NCBI GenBank assembly: GCA_050084515.1
Contig: CM114271.1
Coordinates: 45,942,001-46,006,000 of the forward strand
Origin: Blasia pusilla
Lineage: Eukaryota
Reading direction: 5' to 3'
Length of the DNA: 64,000 nt
Positions 29,482 to 42,658 of this stretch are shown piece by piece. The position numbers and the translations under genes were made by a program. The notes under the pieces were generated by a model. The model made no database searches. It was not told the origin of the DNA and worked only from the letters and a program-made list of their open reading frames with translations. The first letter of the stretch is position 1. Each line of letters starts with the position of its first letter.

Positions 29482-29978
29482 TATGGCTGCACAAAAATGA
29501 AAAAGTTCGTCCCTAGGACGGACTTGAATTGCAAGAGGTAAGGCTCATAGTTATAGTTCATGATGAAAGGTAGGGAAAGGGAAAGTGGGTAAGGAGGAAG
29601 GAAGTGGACGTAGAAGAAGGAAGCAACGAGAAAGTATGGAACACATAGACAACTGGGGGGATTGAGAAAGAAGGGGAAGGTGTTGGATTGTCTCACCACG
29701 ACAGAGCAAAGAAAGTACGTTGCAAATTAGACTTCCAAATTCAGAAAGCAACGATGGCTTCTATCACAGTATGTTGCCAAAGTAGTTGACTTTAGTACTA
29801 GGCGGACGAAGCTAGAGGAATTGTTAGAGGTAGCTACAGATAGGAAGGATTTGATAGTGTTCCTTATGAATATAGTGAATGGGCATAGGACTGGAGCATT
29901 TGGTGGCCCATATGAACAAGTCCTCCCATAGGACATATATAAGTCCACGGACGCGGAATTTGTCCATATGTGATCTTA
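29482..29978. mobile_element. Degenerate non-autonomous hAT-type copy
   Basis: Left end TATGGCTGCAC..CCCTAGGACGGA. Right end AAGTCCACGGACGCGGAATTTGTCCATATGTG resembles the family right end. Confidence 0.45.
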
Positions 29979-30129
29979 TATTTACTTGTTATTATAAATT
30001 TTGGATTTCATAGTCTATGATTGAAAAATTAATGAATGTTCATAATTTTCTATTTATAATGAGATTGAAAATTTTAATCAATATTTAAATAAGAACTTCT
30101 CCAATTTATTTTTTAATAGATATGTGTGT

Positions 30130-30332
30130 AAAGAATGACCAAGATGATTGAACTAGTCATGGTATATGACTTATAAATGATTCATTTGTGTTACTATTTG
30201 AGGCGTTGATTTATGACTATTTGAGTTTTCTATATTATTCACAACGACTAAACCAATTGAGTCATACTTTTTTTCATTTCATTGATAAATCATTCATAGT
30301 AGAGTCATAAATTTCATAATTATCTTCTAGTG
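30130..30332. mobile_element. Second CACTA-type terminus
   Basis: Ends in TCTTCTAGTG and is preceded by AGTCAT/ATGACT repeats as at 22420-23240. Confidence 0.55.
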
Positions 30333-32740
30333 GAAATCGCCACCTAAGGGCCCTAAATTTTCTCACTTAGAGCCATGCAAAGAGAGGAAATCCTATCAAT
30401 CAAGGATTGTGAGAGCTTAAAGAAAAAAGTGAGAAGTGGAATTTCTCGAAGATACTATGGCACCAAATTGATTTGAGATCAAATAAGATCTACATATATG
30501 CTCACTTATTGGAGAAATTTTATACATAGGGTGGAACAACCGAAGATGTTGATCAAATGTGGGTGGAGAATTTCTTATGTTGAGCTCTTACAAAGATGCA
30601 AAGAAGAAGTCGCAATGGAGTCAAGGTGAACCTTGCAATTAGCCAAAATTTGGGATGTGGATATATGGACATGTGATGATCAAGCAAATTGGGTTCCTCT
30701 TCATGAATATAGTGTGATAAAAAAGAGAAAAGTATACTAATCTCTTACTTGGGAGTACATCTCAATGCACCTTTGGGCAACGAAGGGGTGGGAGGATTAG
30801 AGGAGTCGCAAGGGTACTCATAAAAAAAATTCGAAATCATTAATGTGGATGAGGCTAAGATGATCCTAACCCAAAAGAAAATCTAGTGGTGAAAATTTAT
30901 TTTAAGTGGAGGGGAAATTTTAAGAAGAAGGTAGAAAAGTAGTCAAAAAAGAAGATGAAGATATGGAAGTTGTGGAGCTAGGAAAAGATGATGCACTAGT
31001 AGCAACATTGATTTATCTCTAGTGAGATATAGTTGAAAAACCTATCCTCAAACAATTGAAAGATACTATGGGAGAATTAGAGGATCAGTGGAGAGGAGTG
31101 ATCATCAATTTGGATGCTGGAGTATTAGAAAATCACATCACGGTGCTCGAAAGTTATTAGACATTGGTGCATAGAGTAGAAACCCTTAGAATGTCATTTA
31201 AGCATGTTGAGAATGGTCGTAATAACATGGAATTTCAATAAGCTCATTTTTTGAATAGGATTATAATCCAATTATTGAACTAGAAAGGAAGACGTGTGCT
31301 TATGATGTGGATAGACTTGTCATTGGATTTTCTAATGAATGAATAATTAGAAAATCCTTCACTAGGTTGATTGAGTGAGATGCTCTCAAAGATTACCCCT
31401 AGAATGAGAAGTTAGGAGTAGTGAAGAGGTATAACTCTTCCTAGATGGAGTGGTATGAACACTAAATATTTATAGTTACAAGGGGTTTCTTTTTTTATAT
31501 GAATAAGATCAACTATACTTCTTGAGAGGGAAGACGCCTTAGGGCTTTTTAACAAATACTAGTTGATTTCTTTCCATTATCAGAATATATGTGTTTCATG
31601 CATGGGTTGATGCTACACTAGATCACTTGGTGCTCCCAATGAAGATTGAGTCATGAAGAAATAAGTGAGTGCTTGTTTGAGTCGAAGATCATTGTGAATT
31701 TTTTTTGGAAGAACGCTTGAGAAGAATTCGATTCTCCAATGTTGAAGATGGTATCCCTTATAAATATGAAGAGAATTTTATACACAAAAAAGACCAAAAA
31801 AATGTTTGGAATGTAAGAGCTTTCCAACAAGAGGGATCTTATGCTAAGACTGGAACAAAATCCGTAAGAATCGGGGAAGAACTTTGTTATCCTCTCTTAC
31901 TTATGTTTTTTCAAAGAGAAGGTCTTGGGTTCAAGGGAAAGTTTAATTCCAAAATTAGTAAAGTTTCTTGAAAGGGATAATTGCATTTTTTATTGGATAA
32001 AGAAAATAAAGAAGGAAGAATAAGGATATGATAGATAGAATAATCAAATCACGAGACATAGTTGTGATAAACTTGATTTTTTCATAATTTTCCCTTGAGA
32101 ATAAACCTATTTAAATGGAATTTGTGTTGGAATCAATTTTGGAGTGTGATAGGGACCAAATTATTGTTTTTTATCTATATGTATATATGTTGGTTGTTGG
32201 TCAATCAAGTGACAAAAATTTTGTGAGATGGATTTTTTTTTATACAATCCTATTGTATGAACTAAGTGACTCAATACATACCAAGGTTTCATATAAAAGT
32301 TATATGCTATATACACCTTTCTTTGGAGTGATGAGAAATTTTGTTTAGTCTTGTTTGTAAGGAAAATAGTATGTTATCTATATTTAAATGAAAAAATATT
32401 GCTTAATTATGTTTGTGGTTTGTGTATATGATTTTCCTGTTCATCTTAATATTCAATTTATTATAGAGACCAAGTGAATTATGAATTTTGAAGCCTCCAC
32501 AAATATTAAGTTTAGATAGAGGACTAGTCAAGTACGCGTGATATGCAATAGAATGTGATTTTTTTCAATCTATTTTGTTGACTATAATTTTATGCAACAT
32601 TTGGTATAATTGTATGGCACATGTCAACAAGGATCATCTCATGCAATTAGGACTTGTAGATTTTGTAAGTCCATCAGTCTTGTAAAGAAATTATAAATTA
32701 CATAGTTGTGATTTGGGATGTGTTGCCATGTAATCAATTC

Positions 32741-33065
32741 GGTTGGATTCTCAATATCCACTTCTATGAGCACCATTAATCTGATCGGCCCCCTTATATG
32801 AGGAGAAACCTAGATTGATGGTTCCGACTTAGCCGTTGAAGGAGTCATAGTAATATAACGTAGGTGGTTTATGGAGTAGGCTAGGTTATAAAAATAGGTT
32901 AAAAACCCTAGTTTCCCGAGTATTAAAATAGTCGAGAGCTGCAGCGGTAGCACATTCTTGTATGTCGAGTTATCTTCATGTTCAGGTTCCATCGAAGCTC
33001 TTCTGTGAGCGCACGGACGGACTAGGCCACTTTGTATCTTCAAGTTTTGTAAAGATTTCAGCAAC
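32741..33065 (+). mobile_element. Degenerate Copia-family LTR copy
   Basis: GTTGGATTCTCAATATCCACTTCT..TCCATCGAAGCTCTTCTGTGAGCGCACGGACGGACTAGGCCAC, homologous to 61198-61632 with an internal deletion. Confidence 0.85.
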
Positions 33066-33499
33066 ACAAAATATTGAAATAAGAAAAATCTTACCTGATG
33101 CATTTTGTGACATATGTCATGAATGCATGTTTAATTCACCATCTTCAATCTCTTTTGCAATTACTCGTTTTTTCTTCTTCTTTATCCATCGTTCCAAGTC
33201 TAAAGCACTATCCAAGTAGCGAAAGGGGTTTATAGTCAAAAGGATATAACACACACTACTTAATGAGTATAATATCTAGGTCCTTATTTATTTGGTATGC
33301 AAATTCATTTTTTATGTCTACATAATTTTGTTGAATTACATTTAGTACATGGAAGCAAATTGGAGATTGTCTTCTATTTATTTGAAGGCATTGATGGTTG
33401 CATTGTAGAAAAATGAAATTTAATGAAGCCACATTGGAGATCTCATAATAAAATGAACTATGAGAAATCAATGTAGGATCTTATGAAGAGAAAACATAA

Positions 33500-34380
33500 T
33501 ATTGAGGTTTAGTTGGGCAAGATATATAAGGTTTAATTATTCCTAAGCGAGGGAGTGTTCATCAAAGTAGTTGTGAACTGCAAGGCACATGATGCGAATG
33601 ACTTAGTGAGTTATTGAGTTGGAGTCTCATTCTCTAATGAGTCTTTGATCTATCTTGGTGGGCAAAATCCATTCCATAGAGGTGACAGGTAGAAATCTTT
33701 ATGAATCCCTCAAGAAAGTTGAGAATAAAGACCCCTCAAATGATGCGGGTTTGATAGTGTCTAGCATGGGCGGATAGTCACTATATATAGTAGATCCTAC
33801 TAAGTCTATCTCCTTATATCAAGAGGAGGATATTTTCATTTCGGATGCTTCGATTCTCAAACTTTAAAGGATGTGTGAATGTCACATTTATAATAAGCCA
33901 AATTGTTCCAAGTAGGAAAAATAAAGGAGGTTTATACATGGACTATAAGAACACTAATGAGAGTTAATAACATGATGGTTTGGGAAATTTGGGTGTGACA
34001 AACAATCCATCTTGACCCAATATCTTATTGATGCGATGGAGTCATTACACCACAACATGAGAATTACAATTATGGTGAATGGCTAACTAAGTGGATTTTG
34101 ACATCAAATAATATATGGTCCAAGGATGGCATTCCTTTACTTGGCCTCCTACCATTATTCCAGGTTTTTTTTAATCATTTTTTTTTGACAAATGGTGACA
34201 TGGAGGTGAATTTGTCGATGTGTGTTGAGTTAATATTTAGTTTCAAAGAGAAGTAGCAATAGTAACACCACTATGGAGTAGAACATGAGATTAGTTGGAT
34301 GACCATAAGCACCTAATTTGGTAATGAACTTGTAGGGGATAACATTTGGGATGGTCAAATGAATTGACTGCTTAATAAGG
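33500..34380 (+). pseudogene. Heavily decayed Ty3/gypsy-like RNase H/integrase remnant
   Basis: Only scattered motif shadows, e.g. HGGEF at ~34199 and an IVP..IH segment at ~33902. Confidence 0.25.
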
Positions 34381-34559
34381 CCACTTGAAGGTGAAAGGTT
34401 TGAAAAAGTTTATGTAATGTTACAACATCATATGTGAAATGAAGGTAGTTTTTCATTTTCCTAAATTGTCAATATAATATAACATGCCAAAGTTGGGTTC
34501 TAATTAGTCAAATGGGTTGGATTGGAGTTTTACACATAAGAATGTTGTAGAAGTTTTCC

Positions 34560-34850
34560 CAATGAACTGCCACACTTTCTACAATATCTGAATTTATGAA
34601 ATAAAGTGTTTAGGAACAAACATTAGATATTAACAAATATAATACTATCATCGATAATTTAGTGTGACAATAAGACTCCTATGGGTCTCTTGGATCCCAA
34701 AATATTTTCATGATAGACTGAAACTTGTCTTACTATATCAAAGTATTTTTTAAAGAGAAGGCAATTGATGGAGTAATCCATATCAAGTATTATCCAATAG
34801 AAGAGATGATATCAAAATTGTATATTCATGTGTAGTCTAAAGCATAACAT
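34560..34850 (+). pseudogene. Ty1/copia RNase H C-terminal remnant
   Basis: CDNK..FHDR..KEKAIDGVIHIKYYPIEEMI, read across frameshifts, matches the copia pattern CDN..FH.R.KHI..RE.V..G.I.L.Y.PT..M. Confidence 0.6.
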
Positions 34851-35229
34851 TTTCAACGTATTTAGATTTTTTTGGATTCATTACTACTAAATAAGGATAT
34901 ACTCATTAAGTATAAGGGTTTTAGAGTTAGTAGTTTAAATGTGAATATTAATGTATCATAAAACAAATTATGTTAAATGTACATTATGAAATTGTAACAA
35001 AATTTTGGATTCTTTTTTTAAATAAACATATTTTTTTATTGTATTTTGAAACATTTCATAGTGACATATATAAGCGACAAAATGAGCAAATAAGAACTCA
35101 TACTTACGGATTAAAAGCAATGTGATGATTGCTCGAGGCGGAAGCTCTCTACTTCACCATCACTTATATTGCAAGGATGAGATATCTTGATATTTCTCTC
35201 CATCCTCATCAAAATTTACGAGCCACACG

Positions 35230-35852
35230 TTCCATAGGATAGATTACAGATGTGGTGACTTGGTCTACAAAATGAAATGTAATTGAATCAGATTGGGATT
35301 TGAAACCAATGGCACTCCGCGAGCACCTACTAAAGAGATTTCTCACCATTCTTTGGAGTGGCTCGGGCAAAAAATAAAGTATTATCAACTTCATATTAAT
35401 CTTGTGCTTGTATATTGTGAACAAAGCTACCTACTTGCGGGGATCTCCACTTTCTTATATCATATTATCGCACGACATCAGATTGGGTTTCATAGACTAA
35501 GCATCGAGGAAGGACGATGACTCAAGATTGATAGAAGCGAACGAATTTGTAGGTTATGTGACATAAAAAGTGTTGAGAATGAAGAACATATGTTTGTTAG
35601 ATGTCCAAGATATTAAGATATTAGACTAGCTCATAAAATTGATATGAGGAATTTCTATTTTTTATTACAACTAGTGCCTTATGATTTAAGTTGTTCTATT
35701 AAGGATAACATTACTTATCGCTCAAGTGCTATAGGCATTGGCTAGGATAAGGCCTTTCGGGTCTTTTCCTCTTTTGATTTATTACTTATCATGTATTTTT
35801 TAGCCTTGTGATCCTTTGGGTCCCACGGGGTTGATTTATTTACCATTCACCA
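35230..35852 (+). mobile_element. 3' fragment of a LINE related to 48178-53141
   Basis: IARHQIGFHRLSIEEGR*..ERICRLCDIKSVENEEHMFVRC. Its 3' end GGGTCCCACGGGG..CATTCA resembles GGGGTCCCCGTGG..(ATTC)n at 53100-53141. Confidence 0.75.
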
Positions 35853-37931
35853 ATAATATGGGAAAACAAGCAAGATATTGTAAACACAACACGATGGATT
35901 GTTAGAGCCAAAACATATAGGAAGAAATTATAGTGTGTATTATAATGTAAAAGTAAGAAATTTAAATTCACAATTGAAGAATTCTTTTGGACATTGACAA
36001 TTGTAAATAGGAGATTCCAAAAGAATAGTAAACATTATGTACCTAGTTTGTCTCCTAGTATAAGAAAATTGACTGAAGATGATTAAAATTAAATGATTCT
36101 AAATAATTATTTTCAGAAAATATAAGGAAAAAATAACTTTCAGGTAAAGATAATAATAAAAAAATTTAGATAATTTTTTTTTGTGAAAAATATTAAACTA
36201 GTATGTTATTGTGAAATTACAAATCATCATTATTCTATTATGGGCGTTGGCTCGCTTTGAAAACCAATGAATGAATAACACCTATGAGAGTTGTCCATGT
36301 ACTCCGTTCATGAGTTTTTTAAATTTTACCCTATACTAAGTAGAAAACGAGAATGGGTGAGTTTTTAATAATTATTTTATTTTATTTTTAATAATTAAAT
36401 AATAATCATTTTCTCATTATAATTTTACCCCATACTAAGTAGAAAACAAGAATGGGTAATTTATATATATATATACTCAAATTCAAAAATCTTTCCCTAT
36501 GAAATCTCATAGAGTCTCTTTCATTTTTATTACCTTTTTTCATTTGAAAATTGAAATTTTTTCAAAGTTCATGCCAACGAAATTATGAAAAAATAATCAT
36601 TTAAAATTTTATTTTGAGGGAAAATTAAATTGCCTTTTGGGAAAGAATGAAAAAGAATAACAAGACACTAATGGGACAAGAATTATTCTTCAAAATAATG
36701 GAAGATATATTATTTATATATCATTTTAATTTTTAAGTTAGATTGGGAGAAAATTTTAATCCCTCTTTTGGGAAAATAAACATCAAAACATGTGATTTTC
36801 TTTTACTTATTTTAAAGATGGGATTAGAAAAGGGATAAATTATGTTTTCCACAATTAATAAAGGAGAATATATGAAAATTTGTCTTGAGCCAAGTTAGAA
36901 TGTATTACAAGAAAAATTCTCTCTTTCTTATTTTTGTCATATTTTTTAAGATTCAACTTTATTCACCGTGTGTCCACAAATTTCACATTACTATCCTCCA
37001 TATGGGAGTCTCTTCATTCCCAAGCATCTCACCCGATGCATTGCATAGGAAAAAAAACTAAACAAAACTTATTTCTATTATATGTGAGCATAAATCAATC
37101 ATATATATATATATATATGAATGAAACATGTAGACAAATATAACATAATGAACACTTGCATACAATACTAGAGAATGTTTAATGTTTGTCATAACATTAA
37201 GATATGAATATACAACAAATATTGACAACATATAATTATATTCTTGGAGAATTAACACAATGTCGAATCTGTTTGTGGAGATGATGATGATGATGGAAAT
37301 AGTTTGTAAGAGGAAGTTGTTTTATCACAAAGATCATAAGTAAGATTTCCAAAGTCGCTTCAACTTGGTATTGGAGTAATAGAGTATATATGCATGGTGT
37401 AATCTTCTAATAGGATTATGGTCGTTGTAGGTGGATTTGCTTCTAGATCAAGCAAGATATCAAGGTTTTATTCTTTCTATAATTTTTTCAAAAAGGATTA
37501 GAGATTGAGCATGAGTTAAGTAATTTAGTAGCTTTGCGAGGATGAGCATTTTTTTTTCATTCTATTAATTTCTCAAGCCTTCTTCCACTATATTATTTTC
37601 AAAGAGGTTATTTGCATTTGGTTTTATTAATGATGAGGCGTCATATTCACATGATTTGAAATCCAATACTTTTTTTTTATATCTGATATAAAGATTTATG
37701 TGAGGTAGCAAATTTTAGCTTCAAGCATACAAGTAATATAGATTTTTTTGGGAATATTGGCTCATAAATGCAAATATATAAAGAAGTAAGGAGTCCGATT
37801 TATTTGTTGCTTTTAGTAGCTTGCCTCCCTTTCTAAATTGAAGTGACTATTGTTTTTTCTTTTCCCTAATCATTCGAGACATAGCTTCTCTATTGATGTC
37901 ACATTGCCACATTGATGACATCATAATAAAG

Positions 37932-38024
37932 ATATATGCATATTAAATATGAAAAGAGGTAACACATACTTGTACCTATTCTCATATTCAATTGTATCTC
38001 TTCTCATATTTAATATGCATATAT
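37932..38024. repeat. AT-rich foldback, 30-bp arms (2 mismatches) with 33-nt spacer
   Basis: ATATATGCATATTAAATATGAAAAGAGGTA and TATCTCTTCTCATATTTAATATGCATATAT. Confidence 0.85.
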
Positions 38025-38576
38025 GAATAATGAGTCTAAGCATGTCTTTAATCATTTGGAATATTCTTTCAAAATAATCTGTGCAAAATCACTATCGGAT
38101 GTTGGGCCCTTAATGTAAGATAAAATATGACATTGGAAAATATTTGAATAAGAATGAAACTTTATATAAGAACGTTTTTGGACCGAATGTTCCATCGCTT
38201 GGTATTGGCTCTATCATAGGTTGAAGTTTGGATTCTAGAGGTGATACTCGATAGTCTTTGGAAGCAAATAAACTTATAAATTATAATGCAGTCGATTTGT
38301 CACTCTTAATAGACATTGTCTTTTGAATTGAAGTAGAGGTAGAATTATTATCTTGAATAATGGTTCATCTTGTTTTGTGATGTCCAAAATTAGATCCCCC
38401 AACCATCTATAGAAGCTTGATAATCTTAGAGAGTCTAAAGTTAAATGATTCATGAATGTCAAGGACATAAAACTCATAGTGATAGGCCATAAACTAGAAA
38501 CTCTTTGGGAGATCAATTTCCCTATAAATATAAAATTAGTTCAACATGTCACTCTAGGCAACATTACATAATTAAA

Positions 38577-39137
38577 TGTTGGATTCTAAACATCCACTTC
38601 TCATTGTGCATCATTGATCTGATCGGCCCTCTTATATGAGTAAGGTTGCACACGAACAAAGTTTGCGCCCGCGGACATGTCCATATCTGTCTGAGCCTAG
38701 ATACCCGCGGCCCACACTCGAGCTCGAGCCCGTCCCTGGAGCCTGTAGCGTGCACCTAAGTTGGTGGAGCCCACAGTGGTTTTGTGGCCTGGGACCAGCC
38801 CCGCATAGGGCCCACACATGGCACGCTCCGTGCCCATGCATGGCGAGCGGGCAAGCCCTCCATGTGTGGGCCCAACACGAGCCTAGCCATGAGCCACAAA
38901 ATCGGTGCATGCTCGGCCAGCATGGGTGCATGCTATGGGCTCGGCGAACCCACATAACGCATGTGCTGGGCTAGAGCCTGCCCAATAGGGGCCCAACCCG
39001 CCATGAGCAGGCGTGGCCACGGGCCACAAAATTGGTGCGGGCTCGGCCAGCCTGGGTGCACATATGTACTAGTCCATTTTATATCCTCAAGATTTGTAAT
39101 ATATCTGAGAATTATTTTCATAGCCTCTTTTCTCACA
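38577..39137 (+). mobile_element. 5' LTR of a Ty1/copia element, interrupted and internally deleted
   Basis: Starts TGTTGGATTCT and ends TTTTCTCACA, like 61198-61632. It is followed immediately by a PBS. Confidence 0.8.
38641..39052. mobile_element. GC-rich hAT-type non-autonomous fragment inside the Copia LTR
   Basis: TAAGGTTGCACACG.. is reverse-complement homologous to 6270-6364. Confidence 0.75.
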
Positions 39138-39147
39138 TGGTATCAAA
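39138..39147 (+). promoter_or_regulatory. Primer binding site, tRNA-iMet type
   Basis: TGGTATCA directly follows the LTR terminal CA. Confidence 0.8.
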
Positions 39148-39209
39148 ATGGTCAATTTTCTAGTATTTTGTATGTGGCGATCTAGTATGTTTGCATAAAT
39201 GCTTGAGAG

Positions 39210-40014
39210 ATGACTACTTCTTTGTTAGTTTGTGCTCATCCTTCTCCGCTAGGAGAAGGAAAGTTAGATGGGTATAACTATACATTGTGGAAGTTCAAAA
39301 TGAGAAATTTCCTCAATTATCTGGCATGGAATATTTTGAAGAATCGATATGAAATTAGGGACGAGACTCAAATTCAAAATTTGGAGAATCAACTTGCGTC
39401 CAAGAAATTTACAGAAGGATAAAGTGAGGAGCAATCTTTTACAAGGATCAAGAATCTTCAAGATTATATGACATCGGTAAGAATTTCAAAGCCTAGCAAA
39501 AATTTGGCACGTTGGTGCATAAAGTTTTTTCCTCCAAGATATGAAATTTTGGTCACAACTTTAAATACTCAAGTAAGACCTATACTGCTAAATTTTGAAC
39601 AATTTAGCGCAATGTTGGTTGAAGAGGAAATGCACTTCAAAGCAAGAGAGGGAAATGATGCCGCATTTATTGTCCACATAGAGAAAGATAGAAATCAAGA
39701 TTATAACTCAAATATCAAAAAGAAATTTCCAAAGAAAGCCTTCAAATGCTTCTATTATGGTGAAATAAGTTATCTTATCAAAGATTGTAGAAAGAGGAGT
39801 CAAGATGAGAAGGACGAGTATTTAAGACCTAGGAAGGAGTCTAGAAATTCTTTAGAACTAGAAGAACAGGAGATAGATGCTTAGATAGAAATCAAAGAGT
39901 TTTGCAAACAAGCTGAAAACCCCACCAAGTCAAAGAGTGAAGATGCATTGGTGCTCGATAGCGCAGCATCGGGACACATGATCACTCAGAAGGACTAGTA
40001 TAGCTCTTATCACA
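39210..40014 (+). pseudogene. Ty1/copia gag-protease pseudogene
   Basis: KLDGYNYTLWKFKM, PPRYEILVTTL, a decayed Zn knuckle CFYYGEISYLIKDC and protease VLDSAASGHM. It probably resumes at ~46520 (GIQGFHPIGRG) after the gypsy insertion. Confidence 0.85.
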
Positions 40015-40399
40015 TCTTTTAGGATAGATCTGTGAGATCTAGTAGAGTGCCTTGCAAGTAGTGGAGAATAGGCTCAGGAGGTTGAGAATGACATGTTGAG
40101 GCCCTGGGAAACCTGAGAGAGCAGATTTCTCCTTTGTTTCGGCTCATTTGGAGCCATATTGAGGAAGTTATTATTTGTAGGTAAGTACAATTTTGAGTAT
40201 ATGGTCAACTTTCTATTTTTGGTAAGTGGCCCTTGACCTCCTACATCAGGTCAAAAGCCAAGGAGGTGACTTGGGAGCATAGGTTACCATGGAAAGAGCT
40301 TGGGAGAAGGGAGGGGTATACCTCAAGGAGAGAGCTTGAAAGCTCATTCTCTCTTTGTTGAACCTCTTGGCATGAGGCGGCAAAACTATGGTCTTGCCC
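40015..40399 (+). repeat. 5' LTR of the gypsy element, 3' part deleted
   Basis: TTTTAGGATAGATC..GGTCTTGC is colinear with 45875-46220. Confidence 0.85.
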
Positions 40400-40989
40400 A
40401 GACAGAGGTCGCCGTAGTTGTGACGCGTGGAGTAATCGTAGAGTTGGATCCATAGCGAGGGGAAGCTAGGAAACAGACCAGGCTTCCTCAGTCTTTCATG
40501 TTGTCCAAGGCGATGAGGACCCCATCGATGGGTCCTGATCAGAGTTCTCGGAGAGTTGGTGATGTTATTGGTATGCAAGCACGGAGGAAAATGTGAGAAA
40601 TGCGTGCGACGACTCCTATTGTTGATGCTCAGGAGGAGCATGTATCGAGTACGATGTTGGGGGCGGCCACGATGGTTTACTATGCTCCACTATTTTCTAC
40701 TTCCGATGTTATGACATTGGGAGGTACGCCCGCCGAGGTGTTCCGACTAGCCGCTACGCTATGTGAGCGTGGAGTTGGAGTTCCTGCATCATGTTTAGAG
40801 GTGATTGCAGTGGAGGTGATGGACCTGCCCTTGGAGTATATGCTCGGGCCGTCCACGTCAGATTCATGGCAGGCTGCGGATGCTAGGATGGCAGAGATAC
40901 CCGCTAGAGCCGCGATAGAGCGTGCCATGGCTTTTCCTGGTGTTGTGTTGCTAGATAATTGAGGAGAGGTCTTCCAATTGGTGAGTCCC

Positions 40990-41320
40990 GGAGGTAGAGC
41001 TTTTAATCCGCAATGCGTCTTGTTGGATTCAGGAGCGCAACCCCTAATGTTGGGGAAAGCGTCATTCAGAGGATTGGGCTTGACGAGAGCCGATATGGAG
41101 TGTTGTTCATTCCGGATACAGACTTCCTTGGGTGGAGCAAGTATCACCTAATATATCACCCGACATGAGGTTGTGGTGAGGATTCGCCTGCGATATCCTA
41201 CAAATGAGTCCATGGTGCGAGCCAAGGCGATAGTGACTAATGCATGGTCCTACGACGTCTTGGTTGGTGGAGCAATGTTATACCCGATGGGGTTGTCCCT
41301 GGATTACTGGGAGGAGTCAA
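40990..41320 (+). pseudogene. Retroviral-type aspartic protease
   Basis: VLLDSGAQPLMLGK (Asp codon 41026-41028), IQTSLGG and YDVLVGGAML. Confidence 0.85.
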
Positions 41321-41739
41321 CGTCCTAAAGACCAAGATGGCAGTCAGGTGATGGGCACCTTAGCTCATTACCCGTTTGATTCACAAGTGCAGTGATCGAG
41401 CAACGACCAGGAGAGATGGAGACCTTAGCAACATTTTGCAATGCCATCACTTGGCCTAGTGATTTGATTAAGGGATATGTCCATGCAGAGGATACTCCCA
41501 TTCTTGAAATTTCTATGGAGAGGAGTGTTATGGTAGCCGCATGAGTCTGTGGAGGAGAGGTGCCGCTTTACGGCTTGACTGAGGAGCTTCGACGCTTAGC
41601 CATTGAGCATGTGCAAACCGCGTGGAGCGAGACATTTGCACAAGAGTATGACAGATCAAAGGAACCCCATGTAGGCAAGAGTGCCGCTATGACCCCTTTG
41701 GACACCACCCCCATTGAGTGGTGCATCCCAAAGGAGGGT

Positions 41740-42658
41740 ATTGGGGTGTTGGATCTTTTTGGAGGGATCAACACTAGGTTAGCTGCTGTTTTGCATGCTA
41801 GAGTGCGCATGTAGTAGTACTTGTATGTGTAGATTGATGATGTTGCGAGGCGCGCTTCACTTTACCATGTGGCGCAGTTACGCCTATGTTTTCCCAACTT
41901 ATTGTCTACGTCCGCCATTCAGGGTTACCAAAGTTCCCTACTGAGAGACATTTCATCGGTGGGGGAGCACGACTTGGAGCGGGTAGGGACCATAGACTTG
42001 GTCATTTCTCATTGGCCAAGTTAGGGCCAGTAGAGTGCTAACGGGGTAGCAGTTTAGCTGACTCTTGGTCGAGGTTGCTTTTGGAGATGATGCAGATCTT
42101 CCGACACTTGCAGGAACATCGTCCTCTAGCATACATTCTGTAGAATGTACCAATTTTGGGCGATTGGAGGTCCCGTGTGGTGACGAGTGCACATCATGTG
42201 TGTGCATGGATCGGCCCAAAAGTTTTGTTGGATGCGGCGAGTGTGGGTTCACGAGCACATTGCCTGCGTCTTTGATGGACCATTTGGTAACACACGAGAT
42301 GTTGCGGAGGGCATATGTGAGAGTGGAGCGCCCCTCTAATTTGTTGGTGGATTCTATATTGGATCCGGGCCGTCGATCACGCGCAGTGAGGCACGATGAT
42401 CGATCTCCGTTGACTATGGTCAACAGGATTGGCATGCCACGGGCAACCTTTCCCATATTGGTGATTTTTCCCGCTTCCTATGCATTCAAGGAGGCCGGAT
42501 CTGGCTTGGTTTGGGATGACCAGGTACAGAGGTTGGTGGAGCCCAACGCCGATGAGCAAGAGCGAGCAATGGGATTCCCCATTGGAGTGACCGTAGTATC
42601 GTCACTATCAGAGGCATCACGACGTCATGTCTTGGGTCAGGCGATGGATCTGAACTGA
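41740..42658 (+). pseudogene. DNMT3-like C5 cytosine methyltransferase domain within gypsy pol
   Basis: Motif I VLDLFGGI (41746-41769, same frame as the protease). II YLYV*ID. IV IDLVISHWPS*G (41992-42027). V LADSWSRLLLEM. VI YIL*NVP (42132-42152). VIII DAASVGSRAHCLRL*WT (42231-42281). IX-X EQERAMGFPIGVT..RRHVLGQAMD (~42554-42649). Confidence 0.85.

Noticed and set aside
32522-32548. Possible Helitron 3' end on the minus strand (CTAG next to ACGCGT)
   Set aside because: The hairpin is degenerate and no matching 5' end was found.
41740-42658. Reading the MTase as a bacterial restriction-modification gene or a host DRM/CMT gene
   Set aside because: It is embedded between gypsy protease and RT, has no introns, shows canonical non-permuted motif order with DNMT3-type motifs VIII-X, and has no chromo/BAH/UBA domains or restriction gene.
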